NCBI GenBank assembly: GCA_963754945.1
Contig: CAVWIG010000035.1
Span: 1 to 48,259 of the forward strand
DNA: 48,259 bases
Direction of reading: 5' to 3'
From: Methanotrichaceae archaeon
GTDB taxonomy: Archaea; Halobacteriota; Methanosarcinia; Methanotrichales; Methanotrichaceae
The stretch's first letter is position 1. Every line of letters begins with the position of its first letter. Below the pieces are notes generated by a model. It was not told the DNA's origin and did not search any database. It saw only the letters and a program-made list of their open reading frames with translations. The position numbers were made by a program, and so were the translations under genes. Shown piece by piece: positions 31,632-41,694 of this stretch.

Positions 31632-31976
31632 TCAGAGAAGGCTGAGTTTGCCCGTAACCTTGTCCATCATCTTGTTAGGAGCCGGCCCAATGCCTAGCGC
31701 GGTTATGGTGCCCGGTGGAATTTCAGTAAGCCCAGCATCGGCCACTATGGCGCAGGGAAGACCAGCACGATCGGCCTCCTCTCGAAGTCTGAAAAGCCCC
31801 TGGACATTGGCCACCCTCAGAACCACCTTTTTCTGTCCCTCTGATCGCCATTGGCCTGCGGTAGACTTGTCTGTTCTCTCAAGAGCCATGACTGCTGCAT
31901 GGGCCACTTGAACCGAAAGCTTACCGCAAGAGAGCTTGAGATCGTCCCTGATCACAATACACTGTTTGAACTCCAT
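31632..31976 (-). CDS. pth2: Peptidyl-tRNA hydrolase Pth2
   Basis: KQ.IV.R.DL..S.GK...QVAHA, GQKKVVL, DAGLTEI.PGT.T.LGIGP. Confidence 0.97.
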   Translation of the reverse strand: MEFKQCIVIRDDLKLSCGKLSVQVAHAAVMALERTDKSTAGQWRSEGQKKVVLRVANVQGLFRLREEADRAGLPCAIVADAGLTEIPPGTITALGIGPAPNKMMDKVTGKLSLL

Positions 31977-32046
31977 TATGCTTGCTCCACAGTAACAGGC
32001 GAAAGAACCGGGCTAAAAGGATGTTGGATAAAGAAGAAAAGAGGCT

Positions 32047-33384
32047 TTACGCCTCTTTTGTCAGGACCTTTACGCAGACCGGGCTTTTTGCTATGTTGCC
32101 CATCTTGGCTCCAATCAGGTACTCCAGGCCCTTCTCTGCAGCGATGTCCACGATGCGCTGGGTAACCACTCCATCGAAGATAACGCCGTTAACACCGCCA
32201 TTAGCCTCCTTCAGCTCCCTGGCCAGGTCTCGGACGGCAACCTCCTTCAAGACGTTCTGGCTCCTGTCGAACAGCCTGGCAGATAGGGTGCCGTTGAGCT
32301 CGTCAACGTGTTGCTTGAACCACTCAGTCTTGGGCTCGGGTTCTATAATTGGAGCGACCTTAGTAGCTACTGCAACCGTCTCTTCTGCTGGAACCACCTC
32401 ACGGGAGCCAACCTCCCGCGGCAGGATCCTTCTCGGAGCAATTGCCTCGGCCCTCTCAGCCACCTTCTCGGACATGTTCCTGACACAGAGTGGACTCTCA
32501 CGAATCAGGCTCTTCCTCTTGGCAGAGATCTCTCTCCTCCTCTTGGGCTGGTTCCTGATCTTGTACTGGTCCAGCACCTGCTCTACCGGGATCTTCTGCC
32601 TCAAAGCCCGCACTATTTCCTTCTGGGTGAGGTCCTCAACACTCTTGCCTTCAGGAGCCCTGGCTATGAAATCAATATCCGCAACCTGGAGGAGCTCTTT
32701 GATTATGAGCTCGCCGCCACGATCCCCGTCCGTGAAGGCGGTGACCACCTTTTTGGCGCAGAGTTCGGCTATGTTCGGAGGGACGTTTGTCCCGCCAACG
32801 GCTACGGCATTTTTAATTCCGTACTTGAGGAGGTTGAGAACGTCGGCCCTGCCCTCGACTACCAGGATAGCATCCGAGTCCACGACGTTGGGGCCAGCAG
32901 GCAGGTTGTCCTTTCCCAGATGGGTTATCTCCTCTACACGTACGGACTGTTTGATCTCCTCGGTTATCTCCTCAGTCTCCAAGATGTTCTCGTCGAACAT
33001 CTCAACGAGGATGCGCTTGGCTCTATCTATTACGTACCTTCTTTTGGCGGCCCTAACGTCCTCTATTTTTTTTACCCCTATTCGGGCAATGCACGGGCCG
33101 ACCCTGTCTATAGTCTCAAGAGCCGCGGCCAGAATGGCCGTCTCAACTTTGTCAAAGCTGGAGGGGATAGAGATGGTGCCGCTGGACTTTCCACCGCTGG
33201 AGGTGATCTGGACATCGATGCGCCCTAATCTGCCGGTCTTCTGGAGGTCCCTGAGATCAAGATCACTGCCTAAGAGCCCCTCGGTTTGGCCAAAAATAGC
33301 CCCAACAACATCAGGCCTTTCCACTATCCCGTCAGCGCCAATATCCGCATAAATAACATACTTGGTTGTATCAACATTTTGCAT
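32047..33384 (-). CDS. dnaG: Archaeal DnaG (TOPRIM primase-like, exosome-associated)
   Basis: [43 protein letters not shown]. Confidence 0.97.
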   Translation of the reverse strand: MQNVDTTKYVIYADIGADGIVERPDVVGAIFGQTEGLLGSDLDLRDLQKTGRLGRIDVQITSSGGKSSGTISIPSSFDKVETAILAAALETIDRVGPCIARIGVKKIEDVRAAKRRYVIDRAKRILVEMFDENILETEEITEEIKQSVRVEEITHLGKDNLPAGPNVVDSDAILVVEGRADVLNLLKYGIKNAVAVGGTNVPPNIAELCAKKVVTAFTDGDRGGELIIKELLQVADIDFIARAPEGKSVEDLTQKEIVRALRQKIPVEQVLDQYKIRNQPKRRREISAKRKSLIRESPLCVRNMSEKVAERAEAIAPRRILPREVGSREVVPAEETVAVATKVAPIIEPEPKTEWFKQHVDELNGTLSARLFDRSQNVLKEVAVRDLARELKEANGGVNGVIFDGVVTQRIVDIAAEKGLEYLIGAKMGNIAKSPVCVKVLTKEA

Positions 33385-33799
33385 ATTAAGACACCCCTAA
33401 ATTTTAAAATAGTCAGATAAAAGTCACGCCCTTAATATCTTCCGCTGGCGTTCCATGGTGTCTACTAACGTCCCTTCGCTGCGCGAAGCAATCCTGCCCA
33501 AACTTGCAGGTGATTAAGTGAGCGGTGAGTGATCGTGAATCTGCATTCATCTAACTATTTCAGTGTCCATTATCAATTTCATGGATCAACTGATAGAACT
33601 ACCCACACATGAGCATTTTTCTTCTGCTAAGCCGAACTCTTTTATGCTGCACATTCATCACCCCAACTTCGCTGGGGTTTAATCATCATGAGATTCGAAG
33701 CTCAAATGCGTGCTTCTACCATAGAAACATGCTCAAAACTAGTTTAATAACTTTGTGGTAGTGACCGCCGCTGCCCGACATGGTCGGGATATATAAAAA

Positions 33800-34837
33800 T
33801 TATCCCAATACGATAAATCCCTCTCCAGTTCTCACCACCACTACCTCGTCACCTTCCTCAACGACCAAGCCTCTTGGCCTAGACGCGACGGCTGTTTTGT
33901 AGCTTTCCGGGTCAAGGATCTCCAGAACTCTTTCATCTTTTGCCACAACCACTGCCTTCTGGGCATCAGCCCGGTTTCCAAGAACCTCGAGCCCCTCGAC
34001 GTCTTCCTCCTTAAGGGAAGTTCTGCGGTCCCCCTCCAGTGAAGTCAGAAGCGTCTTTCTACAGTCGAACCCTGTTACCTCAAATAATGTTCCTCGGCTG
34101 GATATTATATCCCCTCTCTTGAGATTGGGGAATCGCACGAGGATTGTCGTCCTATAAATGTCGTTTCCATCCTTCCTCCCGACGAGCTTGGCTGACTCTT
34201 GGGTCCTGCCGCCATATCGCTCAAATATGGCTCGGGCGATTTGACGTGCTAGCTGAGTCGATCCGATGACCAGATCCAGACCACCTTTCGTCTCCTGGAT
34301 GTCCTGAATAAAAGCGAGCTGGTCACCGCTGCGATAGCAAGCTTCTGTCATGGAGAAGGCAATATCTCTGCAAGTATCAAGCTCCACTATAGTGGGAGGC
34401 CTGGAGCTTCCTCTTATCTGTATTGTGGACTCGAAGTACTTCCCGGCTATCCTGCAGCATCTGTCGCAAGCAGTGAGGATGATCTTAACTGGGATATCGC
34501 AGCCTTCTTCAACAGATATTCCTCTGAAAGATCCCTTCATGCCGACCCGAGCTAGATATCTGGTGGCACCCCGTTTCATTAACTGGATGTCGACATCAGG
34601 GTCCTGAATGTCGCTGTGAACTAGCACAGAATCATTAGTTGCCTCATAGGCCAGCTCTTCGGCTGTCCTCTCAGTGATCTGCCACCTGCCTTTGACCAAC
34701 TTGGCACCGCATACTGGGCACACAGTAACCTCAACGCGATCGGGAAAGCTGAGAATCTTGGTTGATTTAAGAATACAAGCAGGACAGAGTCCCTCGGTTG
34801 AAGGTTGCCCGCACTTTGGACATATAGATTGCTTCAC
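33800..34837 (-). CDS. nmd3: NMD3-family ribosome biogenesis protein
   Basis: Four CxxC pairs, YFES.IQ.RG, GLDL.IGS, LVG.KDG...YR.TI..R. Confidence 0.92.
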   Translation of the reverse strand: MKQSICPKCGQPSTEGLCPACILKSTKILSFPDRVEVTVCPVCGAKLVKGRWQITERTAEELAYEATNDSVLVHSDIQDPDVDIQLMKRGATRYLARVGMKGSFRGISVEEGCDIPVKIILTACDRCCRIAGKYFESTIQIRGSSRPPTIVELDTCRDIAFSMTEACYRSGDQLAFIQDIQETKGGLDLVIGSTQLARQIARAIFERYGGRTQESAKLVGRKDGNDIYRTTILVRFPNLKRGDIISSRGTLFEVTGFDCRKTLLTSLEGDRRTSLKEEDVEGLEVLGNRADAQKAVVVAKDERVLEILDPESYKTAVASRPRGLVVEEGDEVVVVRTGEGFIVLG

Positions 34838-35187
34838 ATTAACACCATTTGGGCACAGGGGACGCCGTTTATTATCAGAACGTTCTCCCTGGCCACGTAC
34901 CCTAGTCTTATTGCATGGCCAACGGCCAGCTCTCCCACGAGATTGGCCATGGTCGCTGCGGCCAAAGCTTGCTCTACATCTTGGACCGTAGCTTTTTCTT
35001 CTCCAAAAAAGTCTGGCAGAATCTCGACCTGCAGATGACCCTCAACGAATTTCTTTCCCATGAGATCGCAGTCGCAGACTGCTATCAGAACCTCTCTCCC
35101 AGAACGGTGGGACTTCAGGTACAACTGCGGCTCATTCATCTGTTGTTCCTCCGTCCGGGGTTCATTTTCTTCCACGGGCCACCTCAC
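34834..35187 (-). CDS. DUF424-family protein
   Basis: LIAVCD..L.GK.F.EG, FFG, A...NLVG..AV..A...G; start may be ATG 35139. Confidence 0.9.
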   Translation of the reverse strand: MRWPVEENEPRTEEQQMNEPQLYLKSHRSGREVLIAVCDCDLMGKKFVEGHLQVEILPDFFGEEKATVQDVEQALAAATMANLVGELAVGHAIRLGYVARENVLIINGVPCAQMVLM

Positions 35188-37268
35188 ACCAGTCTTAGCA
35201 TCTTATGCTTTGGCTCCATGATGGAGCCGTCCCGCTTCAGCCGGGTGATGATCTCTTCTGCTCTGCTTCGCTCTATTCCCTGTTCCTCAGCCTTATCGAG
35301 GACTATTTCAAGAGGCGCAGAGCCTTGTTGTTCTTTGCTCACATCCCTTATTATGTCCAGCATCAATTTAGTCTTATCTCTGGTGGTCTTGCTAACTCCT
35401 GTGGCGATGATATCCACATCCAAAAGGCCGGTGTCCGGGTCCACGCCCACCTTTCGGAGACACGCTTCCATAATCTTGGTCACCCTCTGAGCATCCTCGA
35501 TGGTGACCGTGCTGCAAAGCCTGAGCCTGGCGTTGGCCTCGCCCAAACGGATAAGCGCCTCCAGCATTCTAGCGGTAACCGGAACGGGCTTGTTGGAATC
35601 GTGGCCCTGGGTCCTAAGACTTACATAGTAGTTTGCAAAATATTCTCTGGCCTCTTCGGTGAGGGTGGGAAAGATTTTCTTCCTGGCATAGGCCACGTAC
35701 TTTCGGAGCTGCTCCGGCTCAATTTCAGGCATTATGACCGTCATGGCGGCATCAATGTCCTGCTGTGAAATCTTAGGGTTCCACTCAACCTGGGTGGATA
35801 GCTCACCGGCATAGTTGCTCTTCAGGATGTGCTGTGCTATCTGAGAGTCTCTATTGGCGTCAGGGTCGTCCGTTAAAACGAAGATCAGGTCGAACCGGGA
35901 CATGAGTGCTGGTGTAAGATTGATCTGGGGAGCTATGGGCTCGTACTTGTCGAACCTTCCCAGTTTTGGGTTGGCAGCGGCCAGCAGTGAACACCTGGAT
36001 TTTAGGGTGGCCATGACTCCTGCCTTGGCGACGCTTATCGTTTGTTGCTCCATCGCCTCGTGCAGCGCGCTCTTGTCCTCGTTATCCATCTTGTCCATCT
36101 CGTCCACGGCGGCGATGCCCTTGTCTGCAAGGACTAGGGCCCCTGCCTCTATAGTCCAGCGGCCGTCGCCCAGCTCGTCCTTGACTGCCGTTGCAGTCAG
36201 GCCCGCTGACGTGGAACTCTTTCCCGAAGTGTATATCCCACGGGGAGAGATCTTGATCATGTACCTCAAAAGCTGGCTTTTGGCTATGCCAGGGTCGCCG
36301 ACGAGAAGGATATGAATGTCGCCCCGGATTCTAGCTCCGTCCGGGAGCCTCTTAGAGAATCCGGAGACCAGTTGGAGGGCCAGGGCCTCCTTTACGTCCT
36401 CATAGCCGTAGATGGAAGGGGCGATCGACTTTCTTATCTTCTCGTAGATCTCCGGATCCTTGGCCATGTCCTTGATGATCTTCTCGTCTTCGGGCGAGAT
36501 ATCGACCTCTTCGAACTCCTGCTCCTTCAGCTCAATGGAGTTTCCTTTGTGGAATAGGTCGAAGTAGGTGCTTTTGCCTGCCTGGGGGGTTGATCGTTGG
36601 TAGGACTTGAGAATGCCGTTGATTATCACACGGTCCCCAGGAAAGATCCTTCCAGCCAGGTCGTCTTCCAGCTCAACGTCTAGGGTCTGAGGCTGCTCGC
36701 CTCCCCGGAGCTCTTCGGGCGACTCCTGCACTCTTATCTTCTGGGCGTCTACGAACTTGGACTTGGACAGAATTAACTTGAAAGGCCCGCCTCGGTCGCA
36801 GGCCTGGTTCTGGCACTTCAGGTTCTGGTCCTCGAACTTCGTGCCTGTCTGCTCCCTGTAGAATGTGTAGCCACACCTCTGGCACTCGAAGGCTGCTGAG
36901 ACTATCTTGGGACGGACCTCCGTGGCCGTCCTGACCAGGCCATCGATGGAGATCAGCTTGCCGATGTGATCCGCCCGCAGCTCACGGGTCTTGTAGTGTT
37001 CGGATAGCTCCACAACTCGGACGTGGGCCTTGTCCAGGACAACATCCATGGGCAGGTCGAGCTCCAGGAGGGCAGATTGCGCTGCCTCCAGGAGCTGCTC
37101 CGGCTCTTCCAGGAGCTGGTCTGCAAAGTCGGGATCGTACCTGGTCAGATCAGGGAAGGTTACAACAAGGCTGCGCTTGTCGGGGTAGGAGTCCGCCAGC
37201 TCCAGAATCTCCTTCTCGTACCTCGAACTCAGGAACTCTTCCCACTTTGCGACAGGATCAGCGCTCAT
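35184..37268 (-). CDS. mcm: MCM replicative helicase
   Basis: Zn finger, GDPGIAKSQ (Walker A), GKSSTSAGLTA, AVDEMDKM, SRFD Arg finger; normal length, no intein. Confidence 0.98.
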   Translation of the reverse strand: MSADPVAKWEEFLSSRYEKEILELADSYPDKRSLVVTFPDLTRYDPDFADQLLEEPEQLLEAAQSALLELDLPMDVVLDKAHVRVVELSEHYKTRELRADHIGKLISIDGLVRTATEVRPKIVSAAFECQRCGYTFYREQTGTKFEDQNLKCQNQACDRGGPFKLILSKSKFVDAQKIRVQESPEELRGGEQPQTLDVELEDDLAGRIFPGDRVIINGILKSYQRSTPQAGKSTYFDLFHKGNSIELKEQEFEEVDISPEDEKIIKDMAKDPEIYEKIRKSIAPSIYGYEDVKEALALQLVSGFSKRLPDGARIRGDIHILLVGDPGIAKSQLLRYMIKISPRGIYTSGKSSTSAGLTATAVKDELGDGRWTIEAGALVLADKGIAAVDEMDKMDNEDKSALHEAMEQQTISVAKAGVMATLKSRCSLLAAANPKLGRFDKYEPIAPQINLTPALMSRFDLIFVLTDDPDANRDSQIAQHILKSNYAGELSTQVEWNPKISQQDIDAAMTVIMPEIEPEQLRKYVAYARKKIFPTLTEEAREYFANYYVSLRTQGHDSNKPVPVTARMLEALIRLGEANARLRLCSTVTIEDAQRVTKIMEACLRKVGVDPDTGLLDVDIIATGVSKTTRDKTKLMLDIIRDVSKEQQGSAPLEIVLDKAEEQGIERSRAEEIITRLKRDGSIMEPKHKMLRLV

Positions 37269-37479
37269 TATCGAAGGAGAATAAGATCGGTATAGTATCT
37301 AAATCTAATCGAAGCAGGGAGAAGATATTCTCGATCCAGCGAAACTCAGTTGGGTATAGTTGATGCTACTGGGAAAGCGTATATTCTTTCCAATCCTAAC
37401 ATGTACTGAATGATCCACGAGGACGGAAGCTCAAGACAAATCAGGTAAGATTAGGATTCTAATTTCCAGAGAGCTGATT

Positions 37480-38730
37480 ATGAAGATCATCTGCGCCTAT
37501 ACAGTAAATCTCGATGCAGTTTACAACGTGAATGGCATAGAATTAGCCAAGCTTTCCGGCGATCTCAAGCCAGTGGCCCAAGAGAAGATAACCGGGCTGG
37601 AGGATCTTCTTTCCGCTCTGCTGTTCTGCATGAAGGAAGGATCAGGAGATGAGCTGCCAATCGAGCGAGAAGAGGTCGCCGGAGTCATCGAAGGGTCTTT
37701 TCACTGGGAGTACCGCCTGGGCGGAAACGCCGGGATAATGGCAGGTGTCCTGGCAACATTAGGAGCCCAGCCGGTTCTGAATGCTTCGGCCATCGGCAGC
37801 AGAATGGCAGGGATGCTTCATCCCGGCGTCCGAATACCCGTCTCCGGGACCCTGAGAATGCCGCTTCAGGCCGCTAGAGAAAAAGAGATGATCCACTTTG
37901 TTTTCCAGTTCACAGAAGGCCAGACGGTCACGACTTCCGGAGGGCCCATAGTCTCTTCAAAGGCTAACCGGCTCATAGCCACCTTCGATCCCTTGAACTC
38001 CCGCCTTTACTCCAGTCCGGATTTCGATACCTATTGTCAGGAGATGATCGAGGACTTCGACGGTGCTATTGTCTCCGGATTTCATCTGGTTCCGGTTTCC
38101 GGTTTTAAGGAGATCTTCGACCGGAAGATCGAGCAGATAAGCTCCTGGAAAAAAGCCAACCCTGAACTGTATGTTCACGCAGAGATGGGCGCCTTTCATA
38201 AGCCGGAGATTATGGAATACCTTCTGGAACGCCTGCCTGTGGACAGCCTTGGCATGAACGAAGACGAGCTGGCGAGAGTTATGAGTTTGAAGCCCGGCTG
38301 GCAGAATACGATGAAAGCCGTACAGCAACTCAGAGAGCGGCTGGGATTGTCCAGGGTGGCAGTGCACACGAGCGATTACATCATGAGCGTTATGAGGGGA
38401 CTGATACCCCCGGAAAAAGAAGTTGAGGCTTTGACCAGAGGGGCTGATGCCGCTGCTGCTCTGGCGGCCACGGGATCGATAACGGGAATGCCTCCAGATG
38501 AGGTGAATCCGGCGGGGCTTGACGCCAGAGACGAGTTCTTACGGATTGGAGCCGTACCGAACGGACGTGGGGCTTACATGAGTTTGGGAGAGGAGGCGGT
38601 ATGCTTAGTGCCATCTCTATTGGCTAGGCGGCCCAAATTCACGGTGGGGCTAGGGGATACTACTACAGCAGCGATTTTTTACGAGGAACAGATGACTAAA
38701 AGAGGTCACTACCAATCTGAGCCACTCTAG
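37480..38730 (+). CDS. ADP-dependent glucokinase/phosphofructokinase
   Basis: AY..NLDA, RLGGNAGIMA, IHFVF.F, NR.I, SGFH, H.E, SLGMNE.EL, TVGLGD. Confidence 0.93.
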   Translation: MKIICAYTVNLDAVYNVNGIELAKLSGDLKPVAQEKITGLEDLLSALLFCMKEGSGDELPIEREEVAGVIEGSFHWEYRLGGNAGIMAGVLATLGAQPVLNASAIGSRMAGMLHPGVRIPVSGTLRMPLQAAREKEMIHFVFQFTEGQTVTTSGGPIVSSKANRLIATFDPLNSRLYSSPDFDTYCQEMIEDFDGAIVSGFHLVPVSGFKEIFDRKIEQISSWKKANPELYVHAEMGAFHKPEIMEYLLERLPVDSLGMNEDELARVMSLKPGWQNTMKAVQQLRERLGLSRVAVHTSDYIMSVMRGLIPPEKEVEALTRGADAAAALAATGSITGMPPDEVNPAGLDARDEFLRIGAVPNGRGAYMSLGEEAVCLVPSLLARRPKFTVGLGDTTTAAIFYEEQMTKRGHYQSEPL

Positions 38731-38798
38731 TTCACAAGGCCCACGGTTAATTCTTTAGGCACCGGATCAACTTTACGACCCACAAGAGCACAATCGCA

Positions 38799-40409
38799 TT
38801 ATATTGATTTCGCGGTGATTACTACTCCTATCAGCCCAACCAACAATCCAGCGATTGATGAAATATCGCCCGTAATTCCCAATAGGTTTCTTTTCCTCGA
38901 TTGTTTTAGGCTTTGAATTTCTTTTAGTATTTTCTCGTTCTCATCAGAACTGGGAAGATTTTATGCCATCTCTTCCACGGACAGAAGCCACACCTCCTTC
39001 ATTTTCTGCAGCCTTTCAATTATTACATTGTCCCTTTCGCTTAGGGCCTTGTTTATTTCCTCCATGCTTAGTTCTTGTGCATTGATTTTATCCTGAAATT
39101 TTTTGATGAGGGTCTTAACTTCAAAAAGATCCTGTCTTGCCGAACCTGAACTTAGGTTCAACTTAGCCATGCTAAATTCAATGTTTTTCAGTCGATCAAG
39201 CATCTCTTTGCGCTGGGCCTCGACCTCGGGAAGAGCATACGCCATTGCAAGTTCTATCTTTCCAAGAACCACAGAAAGCTCCTCATCTTTTTCAATATCT
39301 ATAAGGATACCGCAAGTTAACACTCTTTTTCCATCAGGGAACCCCTTGCATGAGTCTCTCAAGGCTGATACCATTCTCATGCAGCACTGATGAACCTTGA
39401 CTGGGTTGCTTTGAGATAAGCATCTAGCGGCTCTATCCACGTCAGAGCTGATTCGTCTGGCTTTCTCCTGGATACCGGCTATGGTAGCTTGTATTCGGTA
39501 TTCGAGAAGTGGGTTACATCTTCTCATTAGCTTTACAGCTCCGGGCGCTTCATCTTCAGCCGCAGCCATATATTCTGCGGCCTTTTCGCAGTATAACCTG
39601 TAAGTGTTTAGTTCGCTGGCAACTTCCTGAACAGATCTATACTTCAGACGTTGAGACTCTTGAAGTGCCTCAGCCAGGTTTTCTACAGCCTTTAGAAGCT
39701 CTTTTTTGCTCTCAGATCTGCCTACCGCTTCTTTCGCTTCGGAAAGATACCAATGAACCTCATCACCGCTAGTGTCCCGAAAAATTATAGCGAAGTATGC
39801 GCGGTAAAATGAACGACAGAACTTAGCTGGACTTACATCTCCCTTATTCGACGATTTTTCGAAAAAGACTATCGCTCCTTCTAGCTCATTTTTCAATGTA
39901 TCCTCATCATTTGTTATTGCGGCTTTCAATACTGAGGCCTTTCCCAAAGAATAATAGGCATACATTCGTACATCTCTGTCTTTATCCTTTGTTAGGCTGT
40001 GGAGATCCTGCCATGCTTGATCTTTGTCAGGAACTTGGCTGAAAGCTGATCCCAAAGCTACAGCAGCCCCCTCTCGCGCCTTGCTCTCCTCATCCATTGT
40101 AAGGCTGTGGAGATCCTGCCAAGCCAGATTTTTGTCGGGGACTTGCCCAAAAACTAATCCCAAAGAGATTGCAGCAAAAAATCGTACGTCGTGGTCTTTA
40201 TCCTTGGTAAGCCTGTGTAGATCCTGCCATGCTTGATCTTTGTCAGGGACTTGGTTAAAAACTAATCCCAAAGTGCTTGCAGTATCACATCGCACACCTT
40301 TGTATTCATCCTTGGTAAGCCTGTGTAGATCCTGCCATGCTTGATCTTTGTCAGGAACTTGGTTAAAGACTAATTCCAGAGCACTTGCAGCATAACTTCG
40401 TACTCCTTT
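38799..40409 (-). pseudogene. HEAT-repeat protein with coiled coil and C-terminal TM; 5'-truncated by IS5 and with an internal TAA
   Basis: Frame open right up to the IS end at 40409 (KGVRSYAASALELVFNQVPDK..). After TAA at 38961-38963 the frame continues 53 codons ending in a hydrophobic helix (ISSIAGLLVGLIGVVITA). Confidence 0.85.
39950..40409 (-). repeat. About four tandem 117-bp (39-aa) HEAT-like coding repeats
   Basis: Unit VFNQVPDKDQAWQDLHRLTKD....VR..AA..LG recurs; AGATCCTGCCA recurs at 117-bp spacing. Confidence 0.9.
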
Positions 40410-41694
40410 GAGGGTTTCGATTTAGTGTTGGTTAATGAAGCCTTAAATTCTTGCGTTAATATTTTCAATCTTTATAGTGGTTTTTTAGCATATTTCACCC
40501 CTAAATTGGCTTATTAGATTTCAATTTACCTTGTTGTTTCTAATTTTTGCGCTTTTTTAGAGAGCTTCCGCTAGGCTGTTTGTTTATGCACTAAATATTT
40601 CAACTGTTCCAGGTTGTAAACGACCGAATTCATCATGAATTTTACTCCAGCTCTTGCGACAGTTGTTACATAAACATGTGCTCCCTTATGCCCCCGCTTC
40701 ATAACAGCGAAGCATCTTTCGATGTGCGATCGCGTTTTACTGATTCTCTTATTCCTCAGAAGATCTATGATTCCAAGCTTGTGACCTCTTGTAGCTTTTT
40801 TCATGGCTGCATCATATCCTCGAGTTTTTGCACCATCATATCCCTTATCGGCGTAACGTGGTAGCCCTTCAATTCCAAGATCTACCTGACTATCGTGTAC
40901 AGAAGCAGTTGTAGTCTCAAAATATCTGATAAGGTGGTAATTGGTATCGATTGAGATATGACCTTTATATCCGAAAAAGGATTTGACACCCTTTTTTGCC
41001 CAACTTCCCTCATTTATTGGCTCTTCTTCGAGTCTCTGTGGTTTGGCCTTGTCATCAATAATATTATTTGAAATACCAATTAGCTCTTTATCAAACTCCT
41101 GATTCAGGCTCGTACTGGTGGCTTCGGAATCTTGACCTTCCTTTTTGTCCCCGCCTTGCTCGTCTTTCTTGTTCCTCTTCCGACCTGGGTCCGAAGTTAT
41201 GAAGGTTGCATCCTGGATAGTGCCATTCTTTACAGTAAACCCCATCTCATCGAGCTGCCTTTGAAGCTCATTCCAAAGATCATCGTATACGTCGCACTTA
41301 ATCAAACGTTCACGGAATAGCCAAACTGTGCTGAAATCAGGAATTACTTCAGTGGTGCCAAGGAAAATACGAAAAGAGATCCTATCCGCAACCTGTCGCT
41401 CCAGTTCTGGATCTGTTAGACCAAACCAATGCTGAATTACGAGAGCTTTCACCATAATCACGATGTCAATGTTCGGACGACCTCCGCGGCTAGTTTTATT
41501 TTTGTATATCAATGGTTCCAAAAATCTGAAACGCTCCCAATTGATCAACGATCCGATCTCGGATAGATCATCTCCGAGGGCTTTTACTCGAGCATATTCT
41601 GCTCGAATGGCAAAATCAATGAGAGTCCTCATGCATTATATTATAGTATTAATAGTATATAAGTATTTCGATTGATTAGTTTTTCGAAACTCTC
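40410..41694 (-). mobile_element. IS5-family element, copy 3 (1285 bp), no target duplication
   Basis: Same TIRs and length as copy 2; flanks are CTTT and CTAG. Confidence 0.96.
40571..41632 (-). CDS. IS5-family DDE transposase
   Basis: Translation identical to 9279-10340. Confidence 0.95.
   Translation of the reverse strand: MRTLIDFAIRAEYARVKALGDDLSEIGSLINWERFRFLEPLIYKNKTSRGGRPNIDIVIMVKALVIQHWFGLTDPELERQVADRISFRIFLGTTEVIPDFSTVWLFRERLIKCDVYDDLWNELQRQLDEMGFTVKNGTIQDATFITSDPGRKRNKKDEQGGDKKEGQDSEATSTSLNQEFDKELIGISNNIIDDKAKPQRLEEEPINEGSWAKKGVKSFFGYKGHISIDTNYHLIRYFETTTASVHDSQVDLGIEGLPRYADKGYDGAKTRGYDAAMKKATRGHKLGIIDLLRNKRISKTRSHIERCFAVMKRGHKGAHVYVTTVARAGVKFMMNSVVYNLEQLKYLVHKQTA

Noticed and set aside
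31982-33352. 456-aa plus-strand ORF
   Set aside because: Antisense shadow of dnaG with Ser/Leu-rich composition and no motifs. The same applies to the many shadows over srp54, vor, mcm and malic enzyme.
35184-37268. Intein in MCM
   Set aside because: 694 aa with contiguous Walker A/B and Arg-finger motifs leaves no room for one.
39950-40409. 117-bp repeats as CRISPR or DGR template/variable repeats
   Set aside because: They are in-frame coding HEAT units; no reverse transcriptase nearby and differences are not obviously adenine-specific.
9118-41694. Composite transposon bounded by IS5 copies 2 and 3
   Set aside because: Copy 2 has its own ATAG duplication inside pirin, the outer flanks differ (ATAG vs CTAG), and the interval holds core genes.
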